From a bacterium HR29 (lineage in GTDB: Bacteria; Chloroflexota; Dehalococcoidia; Tepidiformales; Tepidiformaceae): DNA of 64,000 nucleotides. Under the pieces are notes generated by a model. That model saw only the letters and a list, made by a program, of their open reading frames with translations, ran no database searches and was not told the DNA's origin. The DNA is taken from assembly GCA_002898215.1 (NCBI GenBank), contig BEIF01000001.1, positions 841,602 through 905,601 of the forward strand. Reading direction: 5' to 3'. The position numbers were made by a program, and so were the translations under genes. This document shows, in pieces, positions 8,895 through 17,405 of this stretch (the stretch's first letter is position 1; each line of letters starts with the position of its first letter).

Positions 8895-11800
8895 GTGTCG
8901 TTGGCAATTCCAACGGCGGAGGGCCTGCTGCCGGGAGCGGGGCGCGTGCCCCGCCTGCCGCGTGACCTCCTGCCGCGGCCGCGGCTCATCGACCGGTTGC
9001 ACGCTGCCATCGGGAGCGGGCTCATCGTCGTTCAAGCGCCTGCTGGATACGGCAAGACGACGCTGCTCGCGAGCTTCGTCAGCGATAGCTCGCTCCAGTT
9101 CGAGCCTATCTGGCTCACCGCCGACGCGACCTGCCGAACGCAGGAAGGGTTCGCCGACCGGTTCGCGGCAGCGGCCCTCGGTGCGGACGCCTGGGCACCG
9201 GTGAGCATCACGCTCGGCGAGGACTATCGTTCGTACCTCGCCGCCGTGCTTCACCGGTGGCGCGAGCGGTGCGACCGGCCCCCCATCATCGTGCTCGATG
9301 CGCTCGAGGAGCTCGGCGCCGATGCACCGGCATGGGCGCTTGTGGACTGGCTGGCGGAGGCCGTGCGCGATTGGGGCGAACTCGCGCTCGTGTCGCGCGA
9401 GCCCATTGCCCGAAGGGCGCTGGACCGTCGTCTCGCCTCGGGCGAATCGCTGGTGCTCGGCCCGAACGAGCTCCGGTTCACCGCAGAGGAGTTGGAAGAG
9501 CTGTGTCGCAGACGGGAAGCCGCCGTCGACCCGCAGGAGTTGCTCGAGCTGACAGGGGGCTGGCCCGTGGCGGTCATGAGCATCCTGCGGGGGGCGGTTC
9601 CCCTCGAAGGAGCGAGGCGGGCGCTCGCCGGAAGCACCTGGGACCGGTACCTGCTGGCCGAGGTCTGGCGGTCGGTTCCGAGCCCCCTACGGCCGGTGCT
9701 CCTCCGCCTTGCGCTCCTCCCGGCATGCGAACCCGATGTCGCCGTGGCTGTCGTCGGCTCCGAGGCGTGGGAGGCTGCAGCGCGCTGGGCCCAGGAGGTT
9801 GGGCTCATGGCCGAACCGCACGGGCGCGGCGGACTGCGTCTGCTCCCGCCGCTGCGCGACTTCCTGAGGCATGAGTTCGGGCGAGTCGACCCGGCGGGGA
9901 TGCGGGAAGCGTCCCGGCTTGCGGTCGAGGCGTACCTGTTTCGGGGCAACGCCTTCCTCGCGCTTGCAACCGCAACGGAGCTCCGCGCCGAGGAGGAGGT
10001 GGAGCGCGTCCTCCGTTCGCACGCTCGGGAGCTCATCGAGCGGGGCGCGTTCGACCTGCTCACGAGAGCGTTCGCCTTGGTGCGTGCGGAGCGGTTGGAA
10101 GGAGACGCGGTCCTCCGGGGCCTCCGCGCCCGAGCGTGGTCCCTGGGCGGCGATGCACGGCAGGCGCTCGAGGAGGGGCGAGCGTTGGCCGAGGACCCGT
10201 GCGCGCCGGCGGAGGCGCGGTTCCACGGGCTGCTTGCCGCCGTTCGTGCCGCCCGCTTACTCGGCCGCCAGCGCGAGGCGCTCGACCTCCTGCAGCGGGC
10301 GGCGGAGCTGGCAGGCCAGCTCGACACCGCGGCCCAGCGAGAGCTCGCATGGTATGAGGCCCATACCCTCCTCGCCCTCAATTCCGAGTTCTCGCGGGCT
10401 GAACGGCTGTTGCTCTCCGTAGCTCAGGCAGAGATGCAAGGACCGCTCGCCTTGCTGGCGCAGTCAGCGCTCGGCCAGTCGCTCGGCATGCGAGGTGACA
10501 TCCCCCGCGCCATCGAATGCCTCTCGAAGGCTGCCGTCGGATGGAGAGCTCTTGAATCCCTCGGCAATCTCCCCTGGGTCCTCAACAACCTCAGCATGGC
10601 TCACCTCGCTGCCGGCGATACGGCCAGCTCCGTGGAAGCGGCGAAAGCGGCGCTTGCCGCGGCGCGGGCCGCTCGCAACCGGAGAGCGTGCGCTTATGCG
10701 ATGGCCTCACTGGGCGACGCCCTTCTCGCGGACGGAGCCGCCGATGCTGCCGTCGCCTGTTACCGAAAAGCACTCGACGAGTGCCAGGAGCGCGTCGCAG
10801 ACGAGGCCCTCGCGGCGATGGTCATCGCCGGACTGTCGGCCGCGTCCCTCGCCCGCGGCGACCTCGTGCAGGCGGACGTGTACGCCAAGCGCGCGAACCT
10901 TATCGCGGAGACGCTCGGCAGTCCGTACGAACTCGCCGTGTGCCGGCTCCAGGCGGGGATGTTAGCCAGCGCGGCTGGCAACCACGTTGCGGCCCTCGCC
11001 GCCTGCGACGAGGCCGTGGCCCTAACGAAGCGGATCGAAGCCTTCGGGCTCCTCCGTCAAGCCCTGTACCGCCGCGCGATGGCCGCCTTCCGCGCAGGTA
11101 AGAGGGCTGCCGCCGAGGCCGACGTTCACGAGCTGGCAACCCTGCTCGAACAGCCGTGGCAAGCGGCCGCGGTGGCGCTTCTGGCCCGGGAGGACCCGCT
11201 CTTCGCCCAGTGGGCTGCCTCACGGGACGTCCTTCCTCCCTTCGCCCGTGAGCGTCTCCGGACGGCCACCTTCGCCGCCGGCACCGAACCGGACCCCGGG
11301 GCCTTCGCGCCCTACCCGTCGATCCGGGTCGAGTCCCTCGGGAAGCTCATAATCTACAAGGAGGGACACGTCGTTCCCGAGGCCGCCTTCGCGAGCGCCA
11401 AGGCGATCGAGTTCTTCCTCCTCTTCCTGGCCCGTCGGGAAGGGCTGGCCAAGGAGCAGGCGGTCGTCGAGCTGTACCCCGACTTGCCGCCTGCGCGCTG
11501 CAACAGCGCCTTCCACTCCAACCTGTACCGGGTCCGGAAGGCCCTCTACCCCGAGTGCATCGTGAAGCGGGGGCACACCTACCTACTGAATCCCGACGGC
11601 GAATTCGTGTGGGATGTGGACGAGTTCCGGCGCACGCTCGAAGCTGCCCGCCAGGCGCCCGCTGGCTCGCGCAAGCGGGCGGAGCTCTTCGAGGAGGCGG
11701 TGCGCCGGTACCACGGTCCCTTCGCCGCGACGGTGCAATCCGAATGGGCCGCCACCCTGCGCGCGGAACTGGACCGAGGGGCCGTGGAAGCGCTGGCTAC

Positions 11801-12056
11801 GCTCGCCGGATTCCACGCCGCCCGTGGCGAGTTCGAGACGGCTGCCGGCTATCTGGAGCGGGTCCTAGCCGCCGATCCCCTCAACGACGAGGCCGCCTAC
11901 CACCTGGCTCGGTTCCGGGCACAGGGCGGGAACGCCATGGCGGCGCTGGCCGTTATCGACCGCTTCGCGGAGGTCCTCCGTCGCGAGCTGGGAGAGGAGC
12001 TCCCCGAGCGGCTGCGCCGGCTGCGGCGGGCGATCGCGACGGGCGCTGCCAGCTGA
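8895..12056 (+). CDS. Large transcriptional regulator. N-terminal STAND/LAL-type P-loop NTPase, central TPR/helical-repeat sensor region, C-terminal SARP-type winged helix plus BTAD domain
   Basis: Walker A in LIVVQAPAGYGKTTLLASF, preceded by the PRLIDRL typical of MalT/LAL regulators. About 550 aa of Ala/Leu-rich repeats follow. The C-terminus IRVESLGKLIIYKEGHVV..AKAIEFFLLFLA..FHSNLYRVRKAL is an OmpR/SARP wHTH. It is followed by WDVDEFRRTLEAAR..AELFEEAVRRYHGPF..WA..LRAELDR..YHLARFRAQGGNAMAAL.., which is BTAD. Confidence 0.8.
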   Translation: MSLAIPTAEGLLPGAGRVPRLPRDLLPRPRLIDRLHAAIGSGLIVVQAPAGYGKTTLLASFVSDSSLQFEPIWLTADATCRTQEGFADRFAAAALGADAWAPVSITLGEDYRSYLAAVLHRWRERCDRPPIIVLDALEELGADAPAWALVDWLAEAVRDWGELALVSREPIARRALDRRLASGESLVLGPNELRFTAEELEELCRRREAAVDPQELLELTGGWPVAVMSILRGAVPLEGARRALAGSTWDRYLLAEVWRSVPSPLRPVLLRLALLPACEPDVAVAVVGSEAWEAAARWAQEVGLMAEPHGRGGLRLLPPLRDFLRHEFGRVDPAGMREASRLAVEAYLFRGNAFLALATATELRAEEEVERVLRSHARELIERGAFDLLTRAFALVRAERLEGDAVLRGLRARAWSLGGDARQALEEGRALAEDPCAPAEARFHGLLAAVRAARLLGRQREALDLLQRAAELAGQLDTAAQRELAWYEAHTLLALNSEFSRAERLLLSVAQAEMQGPLALLAQSALGQSLGMRGDIPRAIECLSKAAVGWRALESLGNLPWVLNNLSMAHLAAGDTASSVEAAKAALAAARAARNRRACAYAMASLGDALLADGAADAAVACYRKALDECQERVADEALAAMVIAGLSAASLARGDLVQADVYAKRANLIAETLGSPYELAVCRLQAGMLASAAGNHVAALAACDEAVALTKRIEAFGLLRQALYRRAMAAFRAGKRAAAEADVHELATLLEQPWQAAAVALLAREDPLFAQWAASRDVLPPFARERLRTATFAAGTEPDPGAFAPYPSIRVESLGKLIIYKEGHVVPEAAFASAKAIEFFLLFLARREGLAKEQAVVELYPDLPPARCNSAFHSNLYRVRKALYPECIVKRGHTYLLNPDGEFVWDVDEFRRTLEAARQAPAGSRKRAELFEEAVRRYHGPFAATVQSEWAATLRAELDRGAVEALATLAGFHAARGEFETAAGYLERVLAADPLNDEAAYHLARFRAQGGNAMAALAVIDRFAEVLRRELGEELPERLRRLRRAIATGAAS

Positions 12057-12064
12057 AACCCTCC

Positions 12065-12098
12065 CGCGAGAATTTCGCGAGAAGCAGCTCCGTAGCCT
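12065..12098 (+). promoter_or_regulatory. Direct repeat CGCGAGAA x2 with exact 11-bp periodicity (12065-12072 and 12076-12083), followed 9 nt later by a -10-like TAGCCT (12093-12098). Candidate SARP-type activator site and promoter for the small ORF
   Basis: Repeats read directly. Their geometry matches what is established for SARP targets: direct repeats on one helix face, just upstream of the -10. Confidence 0.4.
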
Positions 12099-12143
12099 CC
12101 AGCTGCCCAGAAAGAGAGAACCGGGCACGCGAAGGAGGAACGG

Positions 12144-12233
12144 ATGAAGGCACGACTCATCACCGCCGCGCTGGCCGCCGCCGCTCTCGCCGCCGTGGCC
12201 CTGGGTGGTGCCGCACCCTGGATGCACTACTAG
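12144..12233 (+). CDS. Small ORF (29 aa), MKARLITAALAAAALAAVALGGAAPWMHY. It is essentially a signal peptide or single TM helix plus a 5-7 residue aromatic tail. Not in the ORF track (under 60 aa)
   Basis: Strong SD (GGAGG 12134-12138, 5-nt spacer) before the ATG. Third-position GC is high. It lies 88 bp downstream of the regulator on the same strand. Confidence 0.45.
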   Translation: MKARLITAALAAAALAAVALGGAAPWMHY

Positions 12234-12265
12234 GGAGCAGCGGAAGGTACCATTCCACACCGCGG

Positions 12266-12871
12266 ATGAATGCCAACGATGCCGCGCGGGGGCTCGCGAG
12301 ACTTCGGCGGATGTCTCGCGAGCCCTTGGCATTGCTCGGCGCACTCTCCCTCTTCTTCCTGCAAGACCTCGCGATATCGCGAATCGGGCCCGAAAGCTCG
12401 CTGGCATGGCTCCGGGCTTCCGCCTTCTTCGCGGCGACCCTCCTGTTCGTCGCTTTGGCCCTCGTCTTGCGGCGATACGTCGCCGCATGGGTCGTGGCCG
12501 CCGGCATCCTGATGAACTTCATTCCCATGGCAGCTCACGGCGGGCTGATGCCCATCGCCTACGAGGTCATCGCGGCGACCGGCGAATTCCCAGAAGTCAC
12601 GCCCGCGACCATCGGCTCCCAAGTGGAGAACTCGAAGGATGTCGTCCTCTGGCGTGAGGACGTGCGCTTCTACTTCCTCTCCGACCGGTTCTTCGTATCG
12701 GTGCCCGTCTACGGCCCCAACATCTACAGCTTGGGGGACTTCGTCGCCTTCGGTGGCGTCGCGCTCGGCGTGGCCGAGCTAGCCCTCTACGCTGCGACCG
12801 GTAACCTGCCCCTCGCGGCGGCGGCACGCTCCCTCCGCCGCCTTCCGAAGCGAGCTCCCTCCCCGAGCTGA
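12266..12871 (+). CDS. Polytopic membrane protein, DUF5317-like
   Basis: Hydrophobic segments, plus NFIPMAAHGGLMP and YSLGDFVAFGGVAL, which resemble the conserved DUF5317 blocks. The start is uncertain: ATG 12266, or ATG 12311 (MSREPLALLG..). Confidence 0.6.
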   Translation: MNANDAARGLARLRRMSREPLALLGALSLFFLQDLAISRIGPESSLAWLRASAFFAATLLFVALALVLRRYVAAWVVAAGILMNFIPMAAHGGLMPIAYEVIAATGEFPEVTPATIGSQVENSKDVVLWREDVRFYFLSDRFFVSVPVYGPNIYSLGDFVAFGGVALGVAELALYAATGNLPLAAAARSLRRLPKRAPSPS

Positions 12872-12943
12872 GCCCAAGGGTCGCTGCTCGAACTTCTCAA
12901 CTATCGTAAACCTCTCGATGATTCCCCTTCCCCGATAAGTTTT

Positions 12944-12962
12944 TTGTGGTAGCCTAGCTTCG
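12944..12962. promoter_or_regulatory. Weak DtxR/IdeR-like iron box candidate (ttgtggtagcctagcttcg) in the AT-richer region upstream of the ABC importer
   Basis: 12 of 19 matches to the palindromic consensus TTAGGTTAGSCTAACCTAA as I recall it, with the core TAGCCTA intact. It lies 43 bp upstream of ATG 13005. Confidence 0.2.
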
Positions 12963-13004
12963 GCCGGCCAAGCATTCCGAACCGAGGAGAGGCATTCGAC
13001 GACG

Positions 13005-14021
13005 ATGCTCCGCCAGTTCCGTTTCGCGTCTCGGAAACGGCTTCTCACCCTCACCATCGCCGTCGTCGCTACCGCAGCCCTTGCCGCCTGCGGGGGCGAC
13101 GACGCCGAGCCCACACCGGCCGTCACGCCGACCGCGGCCGCGGCGACCGAAACGGCGGCCGCGGAGCCGACGCCCGCGCCCGCCTTCCCCTTGACGATCA
13201 CCGACTCCTTGGGCCGGAGCGTCACCATCCCCGCGAAGCCCGAACGGGTGGTGGCGATGAGCCCCTCCGTGGTGGAGACGCTCTTCGCCCTCGGCGTCAC
13301 ACCGGTAGGACGCCCCGAGACGGCGAAGTACCCGCCCGAGGCCCAGAACGTGGAATCCTTCGGCACGAGTTACCAGCCGAACCTCGAGCGGATCGCCGGG
13401 ATGCGGCCCGACCTCGTGATCGCCGATGCGACCATTCAGGCCCAACTCGTTCCCGCCCTCGAGGGCCTCGGAGCGCCGGTGGTAGCTATCGATTTCAGCG
13501 GCGTCGACCGGGTCATCGAATCGCTGCGGACCATCGGCCGCCTGGTGGGCGTGCCGGAGAAAGGCGAGGAGCTGGCCAAGGAGATCGAGGACCGCATCAC
13601 TGCTGTCACCAGGAACCTCCCCGCACAGCGGCCGAAAGTAGTCGCCATCATCGCCGCGGGCCCCGAGCAGTACTTCGCAGCCAAGCCGAGCTCCTACATC
13701 GGCACCATCATCGAGAAGCTCGGGGCCGAGAACATCGTCTCGGAAGACGAGCCCGTGGGCCGGGTCGCAGGCTACACCAACCTCAGCCAGGAGCGACTGG
13801 TCCAGGCCAACCCCGACGTCATCATCTTCATCAATCCGGTTCCGGGCGCGCCGCCGCTCTCGCAGACACTCCGAAACAACCCGGCCTGGGCGGGCCTGAA
13901 GGCTTTCCAAGAAGGGCGCGTGTTCGACGCCGATCCCGTGATTTATGTCCAGTCCGCCGGGCCGCGAGTCGTGCAGGCCATCGATGAGCTCGCCAAGCTC
14001 TTCTATCCGAGCAGCCGCTGA
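13005..14021 (+). CDS. ABC transporter substrate-binding lipoprotein, iron-siderophore/cobalamin (FecB/BtuF, PBP type 8) family
   Basis: Lipobox LAACGG after a signal peptide. Mature part has SVTIPAKPERVVAMSPSVVETLFALGV..RPDLVIA, typical of Peripla_BP_2 proteins. Confidence 0.85.
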   Translation: MLRQFRFASRKRLLTLTIAVVATAALAACGGDDAEPTPAVTPTAAAATETAAAEPTPAPAFPLTITDSLGRSVTIPAKPERVVAMSPSVVETLFALGVTPVGRPETAKYPPEAQNVESFGTSYQPNLERIAGMRPDLVIADATIQAQLVPALEGLGAPVVAIDFSGVDRVIESLRTIGRLVGVPEKGEELAKEIEDRITAVTRNLPAQRPKVVAIIAAGPEQYFAAKPSSYIGTIIEKLGAENIVSEDEPVGRVAGYTNLSQERLVQANPDVIIFINPVPGAPPLSQTLRNNPAWAGLKAFQEGRVFDADPVIYVQSAGPRVVQAIDELAKLFYPSSR

Positions 14022-15027
14022 GCCGAGGTTCGGGTTCGCCGGGAGCCGGGGCCGCGCCGCGGCGTGGCTCCGGCTCCTTCTGCTTACGGCCCTCCTCGCA
14101 CTCGTGATGATGGCCGCCATCGGCACGGGCCCGCTCCTCTTCTCTCCCTCGGAGGTCGTGCGGGCGCTCGTCTCTTCCCACGACTCCCTCGCGCACACCG
14201 TCGTCTGGGACCTCCGCCTCCCTCGCGTGCTGCTGGCGGTCTTCGTGGGGGCGAATCTCGCGGTGAGCGGAGCGCTCCTCCAAGGGGTGACACGCAATCC
14301 CCTCGCCGATCCTTACCTCCTCGGCATCTCCGCTGGCGGCGTCTTCGCCGCCGTCGCCACCCTCACCGTGCTCCCGGGCATCGGCCCCGAATGGCGCGCC
14401 GCGGTAGCGTTCGGGGGCTCCTTGGCGGCAGGCGGGTTCACCTATCTAGCCGCCTGGAAGGGAGGCATCTCGCCGACGCGGCTCATCCTGTCGGGCGTGG
14501 CGCTCTCGTCCCTCCTCACCGCCTTCACCTCGACCCTCCTCGTCACATCCACGACCTCAGCGCAGATCGCCGTCAGCTGGTTGGTCGGCGGGTTCTTGGG
14601 CCGTGGATGGGACCACTTCGCCTGGCTTTGGCCGTACTCCGCTGCCGGGCTTTCGGGAGCGCTGCTTGCGTCCCGGCACGTGAACATCATCGTCCTTGGC
14701 GACGAGGTCGCCACCAGCCTCGGACAACGGGTCGAGCGGGTACGCCTTCTCCTCGTGGCTGTGGCGGCACTGCTCGCCGGGAGCGCGGTCTCCGTCGCCG
14801 GGCTGATCGGGTTCTTCGGGCTGGCGGTGCCGCACATCGCGCGGTTCCTCTTCGGCTCCGACTATCGGCTCGTCATCCCGGCCTCGGCACTCCTCGGCGC
14901 CCTCCTGATGGTCGTTGGCGATACGGCGGCGCGCACCATCCTCGACCCCCGCGAGCTGCCGGTCGGCGTCCTCACCGCGGCGATGGGGGCGCCCTTCCTG
15001 CTCTACCTCGTGCGGAGGCGGGCATGA
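13984..15027 (+). CDS. ABC transporter permease, FecCD/BtuC family
   Basis: VWDLRLPRVLLAVFVGANLAVSGALLQGVTRNPLADPYLLGISAG is the FecCD signature region. The start is uncertain: ATG 13984 overlaps the SBP gene, and there is no in-frame start after 14021. Confidence 0.8.
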   Translation: MSSPSSSIRAAAEPRFGFAGSRGRAAAWLRLLLLTALLALVMMAAIGTGPLLFSPSEVVRALVSSHDSLAHTVVWDLRLPRVLLAVFVGANLAVSGALLQGVTRNPLADPYLLGISAGGVFAAVATLTVLPGIGPEWRAAVAFGGSLAAGGFTYLAAWKGGISPTRLILSGVALSSLLTAFTSTLLVTSTTSAQIAVSWLVGGFLGRGWDHFAWLWPYSAAGLSGALLASRHVNIIVLGDEVATSLGQRVERVRLLLVAVAALLAGSAVSVAGLIGFFGLAVPHIARFLFGSDYRLVIPASALLGALLMVVGDTAARTILDPRELPVGVLTAAMGAPFLLYLVRRRA

Positions 15028-15824
15028 ACGTTCTCGAGGCACACGCTCTCGAGCTGGGATACGAACGGCGCACGGTCGTATCGGTACCCCACTTGGCCAT
15101 TGAGGCCGGCGCGTTCCTGGTCATCGTGGGCCCGAATGGCTCCGGGAAGTCGACCCTGTTGCGCGGCCTGGCACGGGCCCTGCGTCCGAAGACAGGCGCG
15201 GTCCTGCTCGACGGTAAGGCAATCGCCCGTCTACGGCCGAGGGAGATCGCCCGACGGCTTGCGCTCCTGCCGCAAGCGCCCATCGCGCCGCCCGATATCA
15301 CCGTCGAGGAGCTCGTGTGGCGCGGCCGTCACCCCCACCTCGGCTTCTTCGGGCTCGCCAAGCCGGCCGATCGCGACGCGGTCGAATGGGCGATCAGCGC
15401 AACCGACCTCGGACCGCTACGCGGCAGGCCGGTGGGGCAACTCTCCGGCGGAGAGCGCCAGCGAGTTTGGATTGCCATGGCCCTGGCGCAGCAGCCGGGC
15501 GTTCTCCTCCTCGACGAGCCGACCACCTACCTCGACATCGGCCATCAGCTCGAGGTGCTGTCGCTCCTCGAACGGCTCAACAGGGAACACGGGCTTACCC
15601 TCCTGCTCGTGCTCCAGGACCTGAACCAGGCGGCACGGTTCGCGCGTCGGCTCATCGTGATGCAGCAGGGGCACATCGTCGCCGACGGCCCGCCGGCCGA
15701 TATCCTGACCGCCGACCTCTTGCGGGATGTCTTCGGCGTCGAAGGGGAGGTCGTACGGCGAGACGGGCAACCGCCGCTGGTGCATGCCCTTCGTCCAGCC
15801 CCGCGTTCCGACCATCCGCGCTAG
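15024..15824 (+). CDS. ABC transporter ATP-binding protein (FepC/FecE-like)
   Basis: Walker A GPNGSGKSTLL, signature LSGGERQRV, and Walker B LLLDEPT. The ATG overlaps the permease stop (ATGA). Confidence 0.9.
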   Translation: MNVLEAHALELGYERRTVVSVPHLAIEAGAFLVIVGPNGSGKSTLLRGLARALRPKTGAVLLDGKAIARLRPREIARRLALLPQAPIAPPDITVEELVWRGRHPHLGFFGLAKPADRDAVEWAISATDLGPLRGRPVGQLSGGERQRVWIAMALAQQPGVLLLDEPTTYLDIGHQLEVLSLLERLNREHGLTLLLVLQDLNQAARFARRLIVMQQGHIVADGPPADILTADLLRDVFGVEGEVVRRDGQPPLVHALRPAPRSDHPR

Positions 15825-16954
15825 CGGAAGGCGCGGAAGAACGCCCGCACATCCTCGAGGAGGAGGTCGGGCTCCTCCAGGGCGGCGAAGTGCCCGCCAC
15901 GCGGCATCTCCGTCCAACGCTCCAGCCGGAAGAACGGTTCGACCCACCGCCGGGGAGCGACCCACGGCTCCTTCGGGAACACTGCTACAGCCGTCGGAAC
16001 CTCGATCCGCTTCGACGGGACGATGCTCGAACGGTCGCGGAACGCTTCGTAGTACAGCCTCGCCGCGCTGGCAATGCTGTTCGGCGCCCAGTAGAACATG
16101 AGGTTCGTCAGCAACGTGTCCTTCCCGAACTTGGCGTCGACGTCCCCGCCGCAGTCGCTCCAGGTCCGGAACTTCTCGACGATCCAGACGGCGAGCCCGG
16201 CGGGCGAGTCCGCTTGAGCGACGGCGAGAGACATGGGCTTCGTGCCCTGAATACGGCTGTAGCCCGTTTCGAGGGCATCCCATAGGGCCCGGCGTTCGAC
16301 GACCTCCCGCTCCTCGGGTCGAAGCTCGGACGGCTGCGGCACGACGACGAAGTTGAGGTGGAGGGCGCGCACCTCATCGGGAACGAATTCGGCCATCTTC
16401 GTCGAGACGATGGCCCCCCAATCGCCGCCTTGAAGCCCCCATCGCCGGTAGCCGAGGACATCACGCATCAGCGTCCGAAAGGCGCGGGCGATGCGGGCAG
16501 GGCTCCAGCCCGGCTCCTGAGGCTTCCCGCTGAAGCCGTACCCCGGAAGGGCAGGGATGACGACGTCGAAGGAGTCTTCCGGGGCTCCGCCGTACGACGC
16601 GGGGTCGGTGAGGGGCCCGATGAGCCGGTAGAACTCGTAGATCGAGCCGGGCCACCCGTGAACGAGCATCAAGGGGAAGGGACGCGGTCCCTTCCCCCGA
16701 ACATGCCAGAAGTGAATGTCGACGCCGTCGACGGTGGCGAGGTATTGCGGGTAGGCGTTGAGCGCGGCTTCGTGGCGTCGCCAATCGTAGCCGTCGGCCC
16801 AGTAGGCGCAGAGCTCCCGCACGTAGCCGATGTCGGCGCCGTAATCCCAGCCCGTGCCCGGGATCGCGTCGGGCCAGCGCGTGCGCCTCAGGCGTTCGCG
16901 GAGGTCAACCAGGACGTCGTCGGGGACGGCGATGCGATACGGTCGTGGCTCCAT
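15821..16954 (-). CDS. Epoxide hydrolase (alpha/beta hydrolase with N-terminal EHN domain)
   Basis: N-terminus PYRIAVPDDVLVDLRERLRRTRWP, the HGWPGSIYEF oxyanion motif and a GGDWG nucleophile region. -10-like TATGAT (16968-16963) lies 8 nt before the ATG. Confidence 0.85.
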   Translation of the reverse strand: MEPRPYRIAVPDDVLVDLRERLRRTRWPDAIPGTGWDYGADIGYVRELCAYWADGYDWRRHEAALNAYPQYLATVDGVDIHFWHVRGKGPRPFPLMLVHGWPGSIYEFYRLIGPLTDPASYGGAPEDSFDVVIPALPGYGFSGKPQEPGWSPARIARAFRTLMRDVLGYRRWGLQGGDWGAIVSTKMAEFVPDEVRALHLNFVVVPQPSELRPEEREVVERRALWDALETGYSRIQGTKPMSLAVAQADSPAGLAVWIVEKFRTWSDCGGDVDAKFGKDTLLTNLMFYWAPNSIASAARLYYEAFRDRSSIVPSKRIEVPTAVAVFPKEPWVAPRRWVEPFFRLERWTEMPRGGHFAALEEPDLLLEDVRAFFRAFR

Positions 16955-16992
16955 GAGGCCCCATCATACGGGCCCTAGGAGCCTCCATGAAC

Positions 16993-17403
16993 CTAGGCGA
17001 GCTGTGCCGCCAGCGCCTCCGCGTCGGCGAAACCGAAGTTCACTGCCCGCACCCGGCGTTCGCCGTCGACCACCACCGTCGAGGGCACGGTGAGGATGTT
17101 GAACCGGCGCACGACCTCGGGCGCCTCCAGCGCGTGCACCTTTCGCACGAAGACGCCTCGCTCCCGCTCGAGCCGGACGAGGGCCGGCTCCTGAAGCTGG
17201 ACGCACTGGGCGCACCGCTCGCTCCACACGTAGATGATGCTCGGCCGGCCCGGAGGCAAGCCAAGGCGGTCGGCGAGGTCACCGAGGTGTGCGCCGCGAT
17301 GCCGTGCAGCGAGGTTTCGCGACCAGGTGCGCACCCCGGCCGCCCCGGCGCAAACCAGCCCCAGGATCCCGGCAGCGGCGACGAGGCGCAGGAGTTCGTC
17401 CAT
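16993..17403 (-). CDS. Membrane-anchored thioredoxin-fold protein (CxxC)
   Basis: N-terminal TM helix, a CAQC redox motif, and the TVPSTVVV cis-Pro region typical of the thioredoxin fold. Confidence 0.7.
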   Translation of the reverse strand: MDELLRLVAAAGILGLVCAGAAGVRTWSRNLAARHRGAHLGDLADRLGLPPGRPSIIYVWSERCAQCVQLQEPALVRLERERGVFVRKVHALEAPEVVRRFNILTVPSTVVVDGERRVRAVNFGFADAEALAAQLA

Positions 17404-17405
17404 GG

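Noticed and set aside
12872-13004. Cobalamin riboswitch upstream of the BtuF/FecB-type ABC importer
   Set aside because: The region is only about 130 nt, and I could not find a B12-box-like sequence or the multi-stem architecture.
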